A stretch of 64,000 bases of DNA from an uncultured Clostridia bacterium (GCA_944377315.1 CALWEM010000011.1:1897-65896), one strand, 5' to 3'; shown: positions 1 to 10,196, counted from the first letter of the stretch. The notes: generated by a model from the sequence alone, not told the origin. A program made the numbers and translations.

Positions 1-1
1 T

Positions 2-262
2 TTGGCACTTGCTTGGGCGGGGCACTTAATATATAGTTATCTCACAAGTTTTAAAGAAGAATTGAATGAAGATTTTGAATACTATAAAGCAGAAACAATC
101 AATTCAAAAGGCGTGTCAAGTGAAGAGTTTGAGAAAAATTTGAGTTACTATAAAAAACAATTCAACAAAACTGTCATCAAGGACAAAATAATCTACATTT
201 CAAAAATTATTTTTGCCTTTGGCATCGCCATTCTCTTCATTATGGCAATGTTCGTTGCATAA
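2..262 (+). CDS. C-terminal fragment of hypothetical membrane-anchored protein (ORF open at window start)
   Basis: ORF reaches the window edge. It ends in the hydrophobic helix IIFAFGIAILFIMAMFVA and is followed by a terminator at 270-291. Confidence 0.4.
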   Translation: MALAWAGHLIYSYLTSFKEELNEDFEYYKAETINSKGVSSEEFEKNLSYYKKQFNKTVIKDKIIYISKIIFAFGIAILFIMAMFVA

Positions 263-269
263 AAATTTT

Positions 270-291
270 GGGAGCGGAAACTCCCTTTTTT
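270..291 (+). terminator. Rho-independent terminator
   Basis: GGGAG-cggaaa-CTCCC hairpin followed by TTTTTT, directly after the stop of the 2-262 ORF. Confidence 0.7.
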
Positions 292-374
292 ATATAAAAA
301 ACAACCAATTTTTAACTTGATTTTTGTTGTTGTGGGGTAGGAAATATAGTTTTTTTAAAAAATAAATATATAGA

Positions 375-410
375 TATCTATTCGCAAAAGACAGGTTTTG
401 CGAATAGATA
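375..410. repeat. Perfect 15-bp inverted repeat TATCTATTCGCAAAA / TTTTGCGAATAGATA with a 6-nt spacer
   Basis: Read directly: 375-389 pairs with 396-410. A third identical 15-mer lies at 976-990. Confidence 0.9.
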
Positions 411-975
411 ATCAATATTTAGCGTGTTATGCAAGAAAAATCAACAATATTTTGTGGTATTATGCAAACTTTGCCTAAATGTTATGCAACATCCTATTTT
501 TCAAATTTTTTATATAATATTATGCTAATTGGCATAATATTTTTTATAAAGAAAAGAATGTGTGAAATTTTCAATTACTTTCTGGCTTATTTTCTGTCAA
601 ATTTTTTTGATAATTCTCTCACAAATTAAATTTCATTATTAATTTGCCTAGATTTTTTCTGTTAAAAATTTTATAGTATTATGCATCTGACTTATCATAG
701 AAAATGGAAGAAACATCACCAGAAATTTTGTGGTTTATTCACAAGAGTTTTTTAATATGATTTATTTAAGTTTTTAAAGTTGATTTATATCTCACAATTT
801 CTTTGCATTAAATAAAAATTGTTATCACACTAAATTAAAACTCGCTGTCATATTTTGTAAAAAGTTAAATGATATTTTTTATTATACAGCATTTTAAACA
901 AACACATAAAAAAACACCACGGAATAACCCGCAGTGCTTATAAAATATTGTTTACTTTGTTGCTTTTAATTTGTT

Positions 976-990
976 TATCTATTCGCAAAA
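976..990. repeat. Third exact copy of TATCTATTCGCAAAA; forms 15-bp terminal inverted repeats with 396-410
   Basis: Exact 15-mer match to 375-389 and reverse complement of 396-410. Confidence 0.9.
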
Positions 991-1150
991 TACTTAATTT
1001 TTATCTATCAAATTAAATTTTTGTTTAATTACGAACAATTTTTATGTTTAAAAATCAAGTTTGAACAAAAATATAAATTTTACAATAAATCATCGTCATT
1101 TTCACAGTTTATTCTTATAAATCAATGAAATTGGTGAGATTTTAACGATT

Positions 1151-1567
1151 TTAGTTCATCATTTTGGCGTTTTTGAGTGCCTTTTTTGCTTCTTTTTCTC
1201 TTCTTTTATAGTAATCTTCAATTGCAGAATGTATGGTTTCTTCTGCCATAATTGAGCAGTTGATTTTGTTTTGAGGGATGTCGCCCAGCACATTGATAAT
1301 TTCCAAATTTGTTATTCGGAGCGCCTCATCAATTGTTTTCCCTTTAACCAAATCGCAAGTAAGGTCAGCCGAAGCGATTGAAGCACAGCAACCAAAAGTT
1401 TTGAATCTTGCGTTTTCAATATATCCATTGTCATCAATTTTGAGATACAAACGCGTCATATCGGTGCAACCTTCTTTTGTCACTTCGCCAATTGCGTTAG
1501 CACCGTGCATACCGCCGGCATTTTTTGGATTTTGAAATCTCTCCATTATTGTTCTGCTATACAACAT
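1151..1567 (-). CDS. iscU: Fe-S cluster assembly scaffold IscU/NifU-like
   Basis: 138-aa ORF with the three conserved Cys contexts (KEGCTD, FGCCASIAS, INCSIMAE). Sits directly downstream of a cysteine desulfurase gene. Confidence 0.85.
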   Translation of the reverse strand: MLYSRTIMERFQNPKNAGGMHGANAIGEVTKEGCTDMTRLYLKIDDNGYIENARFKTFGCCASIASADLTCDLVKGKTIDEALRITNLEIINVLGDIPQNKINCSIMAEETIHSAIEDYYKRREKEAKKALKNAKMMN

Positions 1568-1569
1568 AA

Positions 1570-2742
1570 TTATATCCTCCCCGCTTGAATTGGTGAGATT
1601 GCTCTCAATTTTGCGACTGCTTTTGCAAGTTCAGAGATTGTGTAATCGATATCTTGTTTGCTGATGTTTGTTCCAAATGAAAATCTAACAGAGGATTGAA
1701 TGATCTCATCTGGCACTTTCATTGCTTTCAAAACGTGAGATGGCTCACTGACTTTTGATGTGCAAGCCGAACCAGTTGAAACACAAATACCCGCCAAATC
1801 CAAAAGTATCAAAAGTGACTCCCCTTCAATTCCATAGAAAGAAATGTTGAGAATTTCATTTGATTTTTGTTGTTGATGACCATTGATTTGATAATATTCC
1901 ACATTTTCAGCAAGTTTATCCAAGAAATATTCTCTGATAGTTTTCAATTTTCGGTTGGTTATCATATAGTTTTTGGTGGCATTTTCAACTGCCTTGCCCA
2001 GTCCAGCAATTCCCGGAACATTTTCTGTGCCAGAGCGTTTGCCTCTTTCTTGATTTCCTCCAAAAGTGATTGGCTCGAATTTCACACCATTACGAACATA
2101 CAATGCTCCAACACCTTTTGGCCCGTGAATTTTGTGACCAGAAAGAGAAAGCAAGTCAATTTCCATATCTTGAACATCAATTTTGATTTGCCCAATTGCT
2201 TGAACAGCATCAGTGTGAAAAAGAATGTCATAGTCGTGAGCAATTTTGGCAATTGATTTGATATTTTGAATGGTGCCAACTTCGTTGTTAACTGACATAA
2301 TTGAAATCAAGATTGTGTCTTTTCTTATTGAGTGAAGAAGGTCTGGAATGCTGACCAAACCATTCTTGTCAACTGCAAGATATGTAACTTCAAACCCTTC
2401 TTTTTCCAATTCTTTGCAAGCATTAAGAACCGAGTGGTGTTCAATTTGGCTTGTTATTATGTGCTTACCCTTGTTCATATACGCGTGAGCAACACCCATA
2501 ATTGCCAAGTTGTTTGCTTCTGTTCCACCACTTGTGAAATAAATTTCAGTGGGTTTTCCGGCATTAATCCCCTCTTTAACTCTGTCTCTTGCTTTGTCAA
2601 CGATTGCTGTTGCATCGCGACCAAAACTGTGAAGAGAGCCAGCATTGCCATACACGGCATTAAAGCAAGGCACCATCTCATTGAGAACCTCGGAAGAAAC
2701 ATAGGTTGTCGATGCATTATCTAAATAAACTTTTCTATTCAT
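1570..2742 (-). CDS. nifS: Cysteine desulfurase (NifS/IscS, class V aminotransferase)
   Basis: PLP-lysine motif SLSGHKIHGPKG and active-site loop STGSACTS. Start moved to ATG 2742 (MNRKVYLDNAS) behind an AGAGGGG RBS; the ORF track extends to 2826. Confidence 0.85.
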   Translation of the reverse strand: MNRKVYLDNASTTYVSSEVLNEMVPCFNAVYGNAGSLHSFGRDATAIVDKARDRVKEGINAGKPTEIYFTSGGTEANNLAIMGVAHAYMNKGKHIITSQIEHHSVLNACKELEKEGFEVTYLAVDKNGLVSIPDLLHSIRKDTILISIMSVNNEVGTIQNIKSIAKIAHDYDILFHTDAVQAIGQIKIDVQDMEIDLLSLSGHKIHGPKGVGALYVRNGVKFEPITFGGNQERGKRSGTENVPGIAGLGKAVENATKNYMITNRKLKTIREYFLDKLAENVEYYQINGHQQQKSNEILNISFYGIEGESLLILLDLAGICVSTGSACTSKVSEPSHVLKAMKVPDEIIQSSVRFSFGTNISKQDIDYTISELAKAVAKLRAISPIQAGRI

Positions 2743-2832
2743 TTTCCCCTCTTTTGTGGCAGTTACCACCTTACCTAAATAAATTTTATCATTAAAACGG
2801 CAAAATGTCAATACCTTTCTTTTCAAAAAGTG

Positions 2833-3144
2833 TTATTTTGTTAATTTGTTTAACTCGTCCACCATTGCATCTTTCATCCAAAGACCGATATGTTTGTCCA
2901 TCATTTCTCCATTTTTGAAAGTGATGATGGTTGGAATGCTCATAATGCCAAATTTTCTTGCCAAGTTTTCACTTTCGTCAACATCAACCTTATAAATTTG
3001 CACCTTGTCGCCCATTTCTTTTTGAACATTTTCAAGAATTGGTGACATCATTCTGCAAGGACCACACCAAGTGGCAAAAAAATCAACGACCACAAAGCCA
3101 TCTTTCACTTTTTCATCAAAGTTCTTTTCGCTTAAAATTTCCAT
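2833..3144 (-). CDS. trxA: Thioredoxin
   Basis: WCGPC active site. Start set at ATG 3144 (MEILSEKNF), 6 nt after an AAGGAG RBS. Confidence 0.9.
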   Translation of the reverse strand: MEILSEKNFDEKVKDGFVVVDFFATWCGPCRMMSPILENVQKEMGDKVQIYKVDVDESENLARKFGIMSIPTIITFKNGEMMDKHIGLWMKDAMVDELNKLTK

Positions 3145-3164
3145 AACACTCTCCTTAATATTTT

Positions 3165-3845
3165 TCACAGATTTTCATTTTTTATTATTTCATTGCAAAC
3201 TTGTGCAGACAAAACACAGCCACACATTGCTGGATAATACGAGATACTGCCCACCATTTCACTTTTCATAGGAAGTGACAAAGGAGCAACAACCTTCAAG
3301 TTTTTGACGCCTTTTTCGCGAAGCCTTTTTCTCATAACTTTGGCGAGCCCATCATTTGTCGTTTTGTATATGTCCATAACTTTGAATTGTGGCACATCGA
3401 ATCTGTTGCCTGCACCCATTGCGCTTATGATTGGAATATGATTGAAGTGGCAAAATGCACATAACTCAACCTTGTCTTTCACACTGTCAATGCAGTCGAT
3501 GCAATAATCCAAATCTTTTTCTATCAATTTTTCCACATTATCTTCTGTCAAGCGTTCACTCAAAACTTTTAATTGGATTTTTGGATTGATTTGAGTTAAA
3601 ATTTCGCTCAAAACATCCACTTTAAGGCGTCCAATGGTCTTTGTGTTTGCCATCACCTGCCTATTTATGTTTGTTTCGTCCACTCTGTCAAAATCAATAA
3701 GCGTGAGAAAGCCAACACCACAGCGAGCCAACATAACTGCAACATAGCCACCCACACCACCAAGTCCGACAATGGCAATATGAGATTTTTCAAGCTTGTC
3801 CAAATTTTCCTGACCAATCAGCATTTTGGTTCTGTCCAGCCACAT
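3165..3845 (-). CDS. tcdA: ThiF/HesA-family E1-like enzyme, TcdA-like (tRNA threonylcarbamoyladenosine dehydratase)
   Basis: Rossmann motif VGLGGVGG, with size and layout like TcdA/CsdL. Start set at ATG 3845 (MWLDRTK), just after the hslU stop at 3853. Confidence 0.6.
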   Translation of the reverse strand: MWLDRTKMLIGQENLDKLEKSHIAIVGLGGVGGYVAVMLARCGVGFLTLIDFDRVDETNINRQVMANTKTIGRLKVDVLSEILTQINPKIQLKVLSERLTEDNVEKLIEKDLDYCIDCIDSVKDKVELCAFCHFNHIPIISAMGAGNRFDVPQFKVMDIYKTTNDGLAKVMRKRLREKGVKNLKVVAPLSLPMKSEMVGSISYYPAMCGCVLSAQVCNEIIKNENL

Positions 3846-3852
3846 ATCGCAC

Positions 3853-5157
3853 CTATTCAATTGTGAAACCCATTTTGATTTTGTTTTTCTTTTGCTTGGA
3901 CTTGTCTTTGTATTGTTTTTGAACATACTCTCTGTCAATTTCAACAACGGTCATTGGATGTTCGCCAGTGGCATTGAAAGAAATATCTTCCAAAAGAAGT
4001 TCCATTATTGTGTGCAATCTTCTTGCTCCCAAATCTTCCATTTCATTTTCGTTTGCTGCAATTGTGGCGATTTCGTCAAGAGCGTCATCGGTGAATTTGA
4101 GCTCGATATTGTCCACTTTCAAAAGGTTGGCATATTGAACAGTCACTGCATTTTTTGGTGCAGTCAAAATTTTCTTAAAATCTTTTTGCGTCAGGCTTTC
4201 AAGTTCCACACGAATTGGGAAACGCCCTTGAAGTTCAGGTATCATATCTTCCATTTTTGCCAAATGGAAAGCACCGGCAGCGATGAAAAGGATGAAGTCA
4301 GTTTTCACATTGCCATATTTTGTTGGCACGGTGCTTCCTTCAACGATAGGAAGAATATCTCTTTGCACGCCTTCTCTTGAAACATCGGCAGAATTTGTGG
4401 CTTGACTTTTGCCGATAATTTTGTCAACTTCATCAATGAAAATAATCCCCTGTTCTTCGGCAAGAGAAATTGCTTCTTCATTGACATTGTCCATATCAAT
4501 TATTTTGTCAGTTTCTTCTTGAAGAAGAAGGTCGCGTGCGTGACGAACGGTCATTTTCTTTTTCTTATGTCTTGGTGGTTGCAAACTGTCAAACATTGAG
4601 CCCAAATTAATCTCGTTTCCGCTAAATGCCATAATTGGTTTTGGGTTGTCAATCACATTAACTTCAACAATTTCATCTTCACATTTACCACTTTTCAGTT
4701 CGTCCAAAATATCTTCTCTTTTCACTTCCACAGTGGTCACACGGCGATTTTGGAAAAGAGCATCAATAAGTTTTGCTTCCACAATCGGCATAACCTTGTT
4801 TTCAACTTCTTTCTTTTTCTTGTCTTTAACCATTCTCACGGCAACTTCGACAAGGTCGCGAACCATACTTTCAACATCTCTGCCCACATAGCCGACTTCG
4901 GTGTATTTGGTGGCTTCAACTTTGACAAAAGGAGCACCCACGAGTTTGGCAAGACGCCTTGCAATTTCGGTTTTACCAACACCGGTTGGACCTCGCATAA
5001 TGATGTTTTTTGGAGTGATTTCTTCGCGTATTTCAGTTGGAAGGTGTGAACGGCGATATCTATTTCGAAGAGCAACAGCCACCGCGCGTTTAGCCTTGGC
5101 TTGCCCCACAATATATTTGTCAAGTTCGCTGACAATTTGTTTTGGTGTGAAATTCAT
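3853..5157 (-). CDS. hslU: ATP-dependent protease ATPase subunit HslU
   Basis: Walker [16 protein letters not shown], Walker [29 protein letters not shown], and sensor [18 protein letters not shown]. Confidence 0.9.
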   Translation of the reverse strand: MNFTPKQIVSELDKYIVGQAKAKRAVAVALRNRYRRSHLPTEIREEITPKNIIMRGPTGVGKTEIARRLAKLVGAPFVKVEATKYTEVGYVGRDVESMVRDLVEVAVRMVKDKKKKEVENKVMPIVEAKLIDALFQNRRVTTVEVKREDILDELKSGKCEDEIVEVNVIDNPKPIMAFSGNEINLGSMFDSLQPPRHKKKKMTVRHARDLLLQEETDKIIDMDNVNEEAISLAEEQGIIFIDEVDKIIGKSQATNSADVSREGVQRDILPIVEGSTVPTKYGNVKTDFILFIAAGAFHLAKMEDMIPELQGRFPIRVELESLTQKDFKKILTAPKNAVTVQYANLLKVDNIELKFTDDALDEIATIAANENEMEDLGARRLHTIMELLLEDISFNATGEHPMTVVEIDREYVQKQYKDKSKQKKNKIKMGFTIE

Positions 5158-5198
5158 TTTTATCTCCTTAAAGTAATGTAAGCAAATCGCTTTGAAAT

Positions 5199-5226
5199 AT
5201 TATAGCATAAAAAAGATGAAAAGCAA
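5199..5226 (-). promoter_or_regulatory. Sigma-A-type promoter upstream of hslU
   Basis: Minus strand reads TTGCTT, 16 nt, then TGcTATAAT (extended -10), in the 107-nt topA-hslU gap. Confidence 0.5.
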
Positions 5227-5264
5227 TAGAAAATAAGCAAAATAAAAAGAAAAGAGCAATAAAA

Positions 5265-7337
5265 TTATTGCCCTTCTTTGACATAGTCACACATTGAACA
5301 TTTGATTTTTTTGCCTTTTTTCACGAGATAACCTTCGCAATTTGGACATTTTTCGCCAGTTGGAATATCCCAACTCATAAAATTGCAACCATCTTTGTCT
5401 TCACAGGCATAGAAGGTTTTACCCCTTTTAGATTTCAGTGCAAAGACATTTTTGCCACATTTTGGACATTTACCGACTGGTTTCTTTTCATTTTCCAAAT
5501 TATATGGCATAATATTTCGGCATTTTGGGAAATTGGAACAGCCATAGAATTTGCCATATTTCCCTTCTCGCAAAAGCATTTTATGACCACACTTGTCGCA
5601 GACAATATCAGTTTCAATCGGTTCGGCTTTCATTGTGACGCTTGATGCATCTGCCTTTCCCAAAAGCCCTTTAAAACCATTCCAAAAACTGTCAACGACA
5701 TCGTGCCAATCATCTTTGTTTTCGGCAATATCATCAAGACGATTTTCCATATGTGCAGTGAATTTGACATTGATGACACCGCTGAAAAATTTTTCAAGGT
5801 ATTCGGTTATTCGCTTGCCTAGATCGGTTGGAACAAGATATTTCCCTTCTTTTTCACAATACGCTCTTGCCGTCAAAATTGTGACCGTGGCAGCATAAGT
5901 TGCAGGACGCCCAATCCCCTTTTCTTCCATTGCTTTGACAAGGCTTGCTTCAGTGAATCGAACTGGTGGTTTGGTGAATTTTTGCTCTTCTTTTATTTCT
6001 TTCACCAAGACTGTTTCGTTTTCCGATAAAGGTGGAAGCTTGGAGATTTCTTGCTTTTGCTCTTTATTGTCATCGTCAACATATTCCTTGTATACCGCCG
6101 TGTAACCAGCAAATTCCAAGGTTTTTCCAGTTGCCTTGAAGTTATAATCACACGCGTCAAGTGTGGCGGTGACATTGGAATATTCTGCTTCATTCATTTG
6201 ACTTGCCAAAAAGCGTTCATAGATGAGTTTGTATAGTTTGTAGTTGTCTTTTGACAAACTGTCTTGCACCATTTCTGGCGTTATTTGCATTGATATCGGT
6301 CGGATTGCTTCGTGTGCGTCTTGTGCTGTCTTTTTTGTGGCATATATATTTGGTTTTGCAGGCAAAAACTTTTCGCCATACTTTTCCTTAATAAACTCGC
6401 GACACGCCTTTTGTGCATCTTCTGAAACACGCGTGCTGTCCGTTCTGATGTATGTGATAAGAGCGATTTTGCCTTCACCCTTGACTTCCACACCTTCATA
6501 GAGTTGTTGTGCTGATTCGGTGGTTCTTTTCAAACTCATACCAGCTTTGTTTAAAGCATCTTGTTGCATCGTGCTGGTGGTGAAAGGTGCTGGCGCGTGA
6601 GATTTTGTTTTGGTTTTCTTGATTTGAGAAACGATGAAATCTTTACCCTTAATTTCAGCCAAAACTTTTTCCACTTCTTCTTTGTTTGAAATTTTGATTT
6701 TTTTGTTTTTGTATGCTTGCAAGGTGGATTTGAAAGAAATCTTGTCTTTTTCGTGCTGTGCAGTCACCGTCCAATATTCTTCTGGAACAAAACTCTCAAT
6801 TTCTTTCTCTCTGTCCACAACGAGTTTGAGAGCAACTGATTGCACTCTTCCCGCTGAAAGTTTTGGAGCAACTTTTTTGGAGATAATTGGTGAAAGTTTA
6901 TAGCCCACAATTCTGTCCATAACACGCCTTGCTTGTTGAGCGTTCACAAGATTAAGGTCGATGGCACGCGGACTTTTCAAAGCCTTCAAAACGGCATTTT
7001 TTGAAATTTCATTGAATTGAATACGGCATTTTGTGTTCGGGTCAAGTCCCAGAACATTCGCAATATGCCAAGAAATCGCCTCTCCTTCTCTGTCCGGGTC
7101 GGTTGCGATTAAGACTTCTTCGGCTTTGCCAGCCTTGTTTTTAAGTTCGCTTATGAGTTCTTTTTTGTCCGGTTTATTTTCATAATGTGGCTCATAGTTA
7201 TTGTTCATATCGATTGCGAAAGATTTGACAGGCAAGTCACGAATATGACCTTTTGTGGCAAAAACTTCATAACCAGAGCCAAGATATTTTTTCAATGTTT
7301 CCCTTTTTGCTGGGGCTTCGATAACAACAAGTTTCAA
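5265..7337 (-). CDS. topA: DNA topoisomerase I (type IA)
   Basis: Toprim N-terminus (ATDPDREGEAISWH), YIRTDS active-site Tyr region, and C-terminal C4 zinc-ribbon repeats. Confidence 0.95.
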   Translation of the reverse strand: MKLVVIEAPAKRETLKKYLGSGYEVFATKGHIRDLPVKSFAIDMNNNYEPHYENKPDKKELISELKNKAGKAEEVLIATDPDREGEAISWHIANVLGLDPNTKCRIQFNEISKNAVLKALKSPRAIDLNLVNAQQARRVMDRIVGYKLSPIISKKVAPKLSAGRVQSVALKLVVDREKEIESFVPEEYWTVTAQHEKDKISFKSTLQAYKNKKIKISNKEEVEKVLAEIKGKDFIVSQIKKTKTKSHAPAPFTTSTMQQDALNKAGMSLKRTTESAQQLYEGVEVKGEGKIALITYIRTDSTRVSEDAQKACREFIKEKYGEKFLPAKPNIYATKKTAQDAHEAIRPISMQITPEMVQDSLSKDNYKLYKLIYERFLASQMNEAEYSNVTATLDACDYNFKATGKTLEFAGYTAVYKEYVDDDNKEQKQEISKLPPLSENETVLVKEIKEEQKFTKPPVRFTEASLVKAMEEKGIGRPATYAATVTILTARAYCEKEGKYLVPTDLGKRITEYLEKFFSGVINVKFTAHMENRLDDIAENKDDWHDVVDSFWNGFKGLLGKADASSVTMKAEPIETDIVCDKCGHKMLLREGKYGKFYGCSNFPKCRNIMPYNLENEKKPVGKCPKCGKNVFALKSKRGKTFYACEDKDGCNFMSWDIPTGEKCPNCEGYLVKKGKKIKCSMCDYVKEGQ

Positions 7338-7349
7338 AATCGTTCTCCT

Positions 7350-8435
7350 TTAATTTAACATAAAAGTCTTTGAAGGCATCTTTTTTATTAAACCACGAAT
7401 TTCCAAAGTTGTCAAACAACTATTCAAAATATTTGTTGAAAAATTGGATTTTTTTGCTAATTCGTCAAAATCCTTTTCACCATCTTGGAGTAAATCCATA
7501 ATGATTTGCTCTTCAAAATTAAGTGTTATGGCAATTTTTTTCTCTTTTGACGAAGAAACACCATAATACTCCAAAATATCTTTCCCAGACAAAACGCACT
7601 CTGCCTGTCCGGATTTTATTAAACTGTTTGGCAGTTCACTTTTGGCTGAATTAATATTCCCCGGCACAGCAAACAAGTCTTTCCCATATTCAAGGGCAAA
7701 TTCTTTGGTGTGAATTGTGCCACTTTTGATGCCTGCTTCTGTGATTAAGACACCTTTTGAAAGTCCGGCAATAATCCTGTTCCGCTTTGGAAATGAATAT
7801 TTGGTTGGCTTGGATGATGGTGGATATTCTGACAAAAGAAGACCTTTCTGTGCAATTTCATCGGCAAGGAAAGTGTGTGGTTCAGGATATATGTGGTCAA
7901 AACCGCCACCCAAAACAGCAATCGTCTTTCCGCCCACTTCAAGACATTTTTTGTGAGAAAGAGAGTCCACGCCATACGCCAGTCCACTGATAATCACAAG
8001 CCCTGCTTTTGCCACTTCTTCGACAATTTTGTTGGTGGCATAAACGCCATAATTTGACGGCATACGCGTGCCAACAACAGCGATGGCATCTTGGTTTAGA
8101 AGTGACAAATCGCCTTTGGCAAAAAGAGTGTATGGTGCATCATCAAAATTTATTAACGATTTTGGATAATTTTCATCATCTTGAAGAATAATTTGGATGT
8201 TTTTCTCTTCAAGATGCTTTATCATTGAAATGATTTGGTCGCCGTTTTTAATTATATTATGATATTCATTTGTCGACAACAAATTGACAAAAGCGTCATT
8301 TTTATATAGTTCATCGACATCTTCAATTTTTTCTTTTGCAATTATGTTCAAAGCTTTTTCCACTTTGCTTTTTGAAAATTCCAAACTTGCAAAAAGTGCA
8401 TAAATTTCCTTTATTTTTTCCACTAAAAACTCCAA
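7350..8435 (-). CDS. dprA: DNA processing protein DprA
   Basis: DprA Rossmann core (VVGTR...ISGLAYGVDS...GGG...YP). Conserved position upstream of topA. Confidence 0.9.
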   Translation of the reverse strand: MEFLVEKIKEIYALFASLEFSKSKVEKALNIIAKEKIEDVDELYKNDAFVNLLSTNEYHNIIKNGDQIISMIKHLEEKNIQIILQDDENYPKSLINFDDAPYTLFAKGDLSLLNQDAIAVVGTRMPSNYGVYATNKIVEEVAKAGLVIISGLAYGVDSLSHKKCLEVGGKTIAVLGGGFDHIYPEPHTFLADEIAQKGLLLSEYPPSSKPTKYSFPKRNRIIAGLSKGVLITEAGIKSGTIHTKEFALEYGKDLFAVPGNINSAKSELPNSLIKSGQAECVLSGKDILEYYGVSSSKEKKIAITLNFEEQIIMDLLQDGEKDFDELAKKSNFSTNILNSCLTTLEIRGLIKKMPSKTFMLN

Positions 8436-9967
8436 TATTTTCTATCCAGACCGCGATATGAAATCGCTTCTGCGATGTGATTTGGTTGAATTTCTTCTGA
8501 CCCTTCAAGGTCGGCAATTGTTCTTGCCACTTTCAAGATTCTGTCGTGTGCTCTTGCGCTTAATTTGAGATTTGTGAAAGCAATTTCCATCAGATCTTGA
8601 CAGGTCTTGGAAAGTTTGCAATATTTTTTTGTTTGTGGAACTGACATTTTGGCATTGCAATAAGTTTTTTCACCTTTGAATCTTTCAAGTTGAATTTGGC
8701 GTGCCTTGTCCACTCTTTCTTTGATTTTGGCAGTTGGCTCTTCTTTGTTCTCTTCAGAAAGTTCACGATAGGAAATATTGTCCACTTCAACGTGAATGTC
8801 AATTCTGTCCATTATTGGTCCAGAAAGTTTGGAAAGATATTTATGAATTTGAGTTGGCGTGCAAGTGCATTCTCTGTCTTTTGAGCCAAAATTTCCGCAC
8901 GGACAAGGGTTCATACTGGCAATCAGAGTGAATGATGAAGGATATGTGATTGTTTGATTGGCTCTTGCCACTGTGATATAGCCATCTTCAAGCGGTTGAC
9001 GCAAGGTTTCAATCAAATTGCGTGAATATTCCGGAAATTCGTCCAAAAACAGCACACCATTATGTGCCAGACTGATTTCGCCCGGCTTACTGTGAGTGCC
9101 ACCACCAGTCAAACTCACCACAGTTGCTGTGTGGTGTGGAGAACGGAAAGGTCTTTCGGTTATGATACCCTTTTTAAGGTCAAGTTCGCCAGCAACAGAG
9201 TGGATTTTGGTGACTTCGAGTGCTTCTTCAAAAGTGAGATTTGGCAAGATTCCAGAAAAACACTTGGCAAGCATACTTTTTCCGCTCCCCGGTGGACCAA
9301 TCATCAAAACATTATGACCGCCGGCGGCAGCGATTTCCAAAGCGCGTTTTGCCATTTTTTGCCCTTTCACATTTTCAAAATCAAGTTTGTTGACACTGTT
9401 TTTTTCAATTTCATCAAAAGATTTTGTGGCAACTTGAAAGTTATATAACAAATTTTCTCCGCCAGTCAAAAAATTCACCACATCGCTCAAAGTTTTGAAC
9501 GACAGAATTTCAATGTTGGAGATATAACTTGCTTCTTCACGATTTTCATATGGAATGATAAATTTTTTGTATCCTTGCGTTCTTGCACTAATAAGCATCG
9601 GCAAAACGCCTTTCACTTTCTTTATTGTTCCATCAAGCGAAAGTTCTCCCAAAAATATGTAGTCCTTATATTTTTGATTTTTTATCTGTCCATAGCACGC
9701 CAAAATGCCAACCGCCAGTCCTAAATCATATATCGGACCTTCTTTTTTGATGTCCGCAGGTGCTAAATTGACAGTTATATGCTTGACAGGATATTCAAAA
9801 TCAGAATTTTTGATTGCTGATTTCACTCGTTCTTTGGCTTCTTTGACCGCAGTGTCGCCCAGTCCAACAAGTTCAAAATGCGGAACACCATTGACGATAT
9901 CAGTTTCAATTTCCACCAAAAAGCCATCAATTCCGGTGAGTCCAAAACTTTTTAATTTTGATAACAT
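8423..9967 (-). CDS. comM: YifB/ComM family Mg-chelatase-like AAA+ ATPase
   Basis: Lon-like N-domain, Walker A GPPGSGKS, LFLDEFPE, and a C-terminal ChlI-type domain. Start set at ATG 9967 behind a GGGAGA RBS. Confidence 0.9.
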   Translation of the reverse strand: MLSKLKSFGLTGIDGFLVEIETDIVNGVPHFELVGLGDTAVKEAKERVKSAIKNSDFEYPVKHITVNLAPADIKKEGPIYDLGLAVGILACYGQIKNQKYKDYIFLGELSLDGTIKKVKGVLPMLISARTQGYKKFIIPYENREEASYISNIEILSFKTLSDVVNFLTGGENLLYNFQVATKSFDEIEKNSVNKLDFENVKGQKMAKRALEIAAAGGHNVLMIGPPGSGKSMLAKCFSGILPNLTFEEALEVTKIHSVAGELDLKKGIITERPFRSPHHTATVVSLTGGGTHSKPGEISLAHNGVLFLDEFPEYSRNLIETLRQPLEDGYITVARANQTITYPSSFTLIASMNPCPCGNFGSKDRECTCTPTQIHKYLSKLSGPIMDRIDIHVEVDNISYRELSEENKEEPTAKIKERVDKARQIQLERFKGEKTYCNAKMSVPQTKKYCKLSKTCQDLMEIAFTNLKLSARAHDRILKVARTIADLEGSEEIQPNHIAEAISYRGLDRKYWSF

Positions 9968-10158
9968 AAATTCTCCCAAGGATAAATAATCTACAAAAGA
10001 TTATATCATTTTTTTTCTATCTTTCAAAACAAAAAAAGCGAAAAACCAAAATTTAGCACAAATTGTTAAAAATTTTGATGAAAAATATTGAAAATAGTAT
10101 ATCTTTTTCGTGATATAAAATGGAATTATATGAGTTTTTCAAAAAAGATAAGACTTAA

Positions 10159-10196
10159 TTAAAAAAAGATATATTGACCAAAAATCAATATATCTT
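10159..10196 (-). terminator. Rho-independent terminator after clpX
   Basis: Perfect 12-bp stem (10166-10177 with 10185-10196) and 7-nt loop, followed by a U-run on the minus strand. Confidence 0.75.

Noticed and set aside
459-469. TTATGCAAACT as the XerD arm of a Firmicute dif site (10/11 match to TTATGTAAACT of B. subtilis dif, recalled from memory)
   Set aside because: The required 6-bp central region and left arm (ACTTCCTAGAA-like) are not present upstream. An isolated half-site match in AT-rich DNA is weak.
429-629. A 66-aa plus-strand ORF inside the AT-rich island
   Set aside because: There is no RBS. The composition is typical of translated AT-rich non-coding DNA (Phe/Ile/Asn/Tyr-rich), and the ORF is built over the TTATGCA motif cluster.
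263-1150. The AT-rich gene-free island as a replication origin (TGTGGT-type DnaA-box-like sequences)
   Set aside because: The best candidates match the TTATCCACA/TGTGGATAA consensus at only 6-7 of 9 positions. No dnaA, dnaN or other origin-linked genes are adjacent, and the flanking genes converge on the region rather than diverge.
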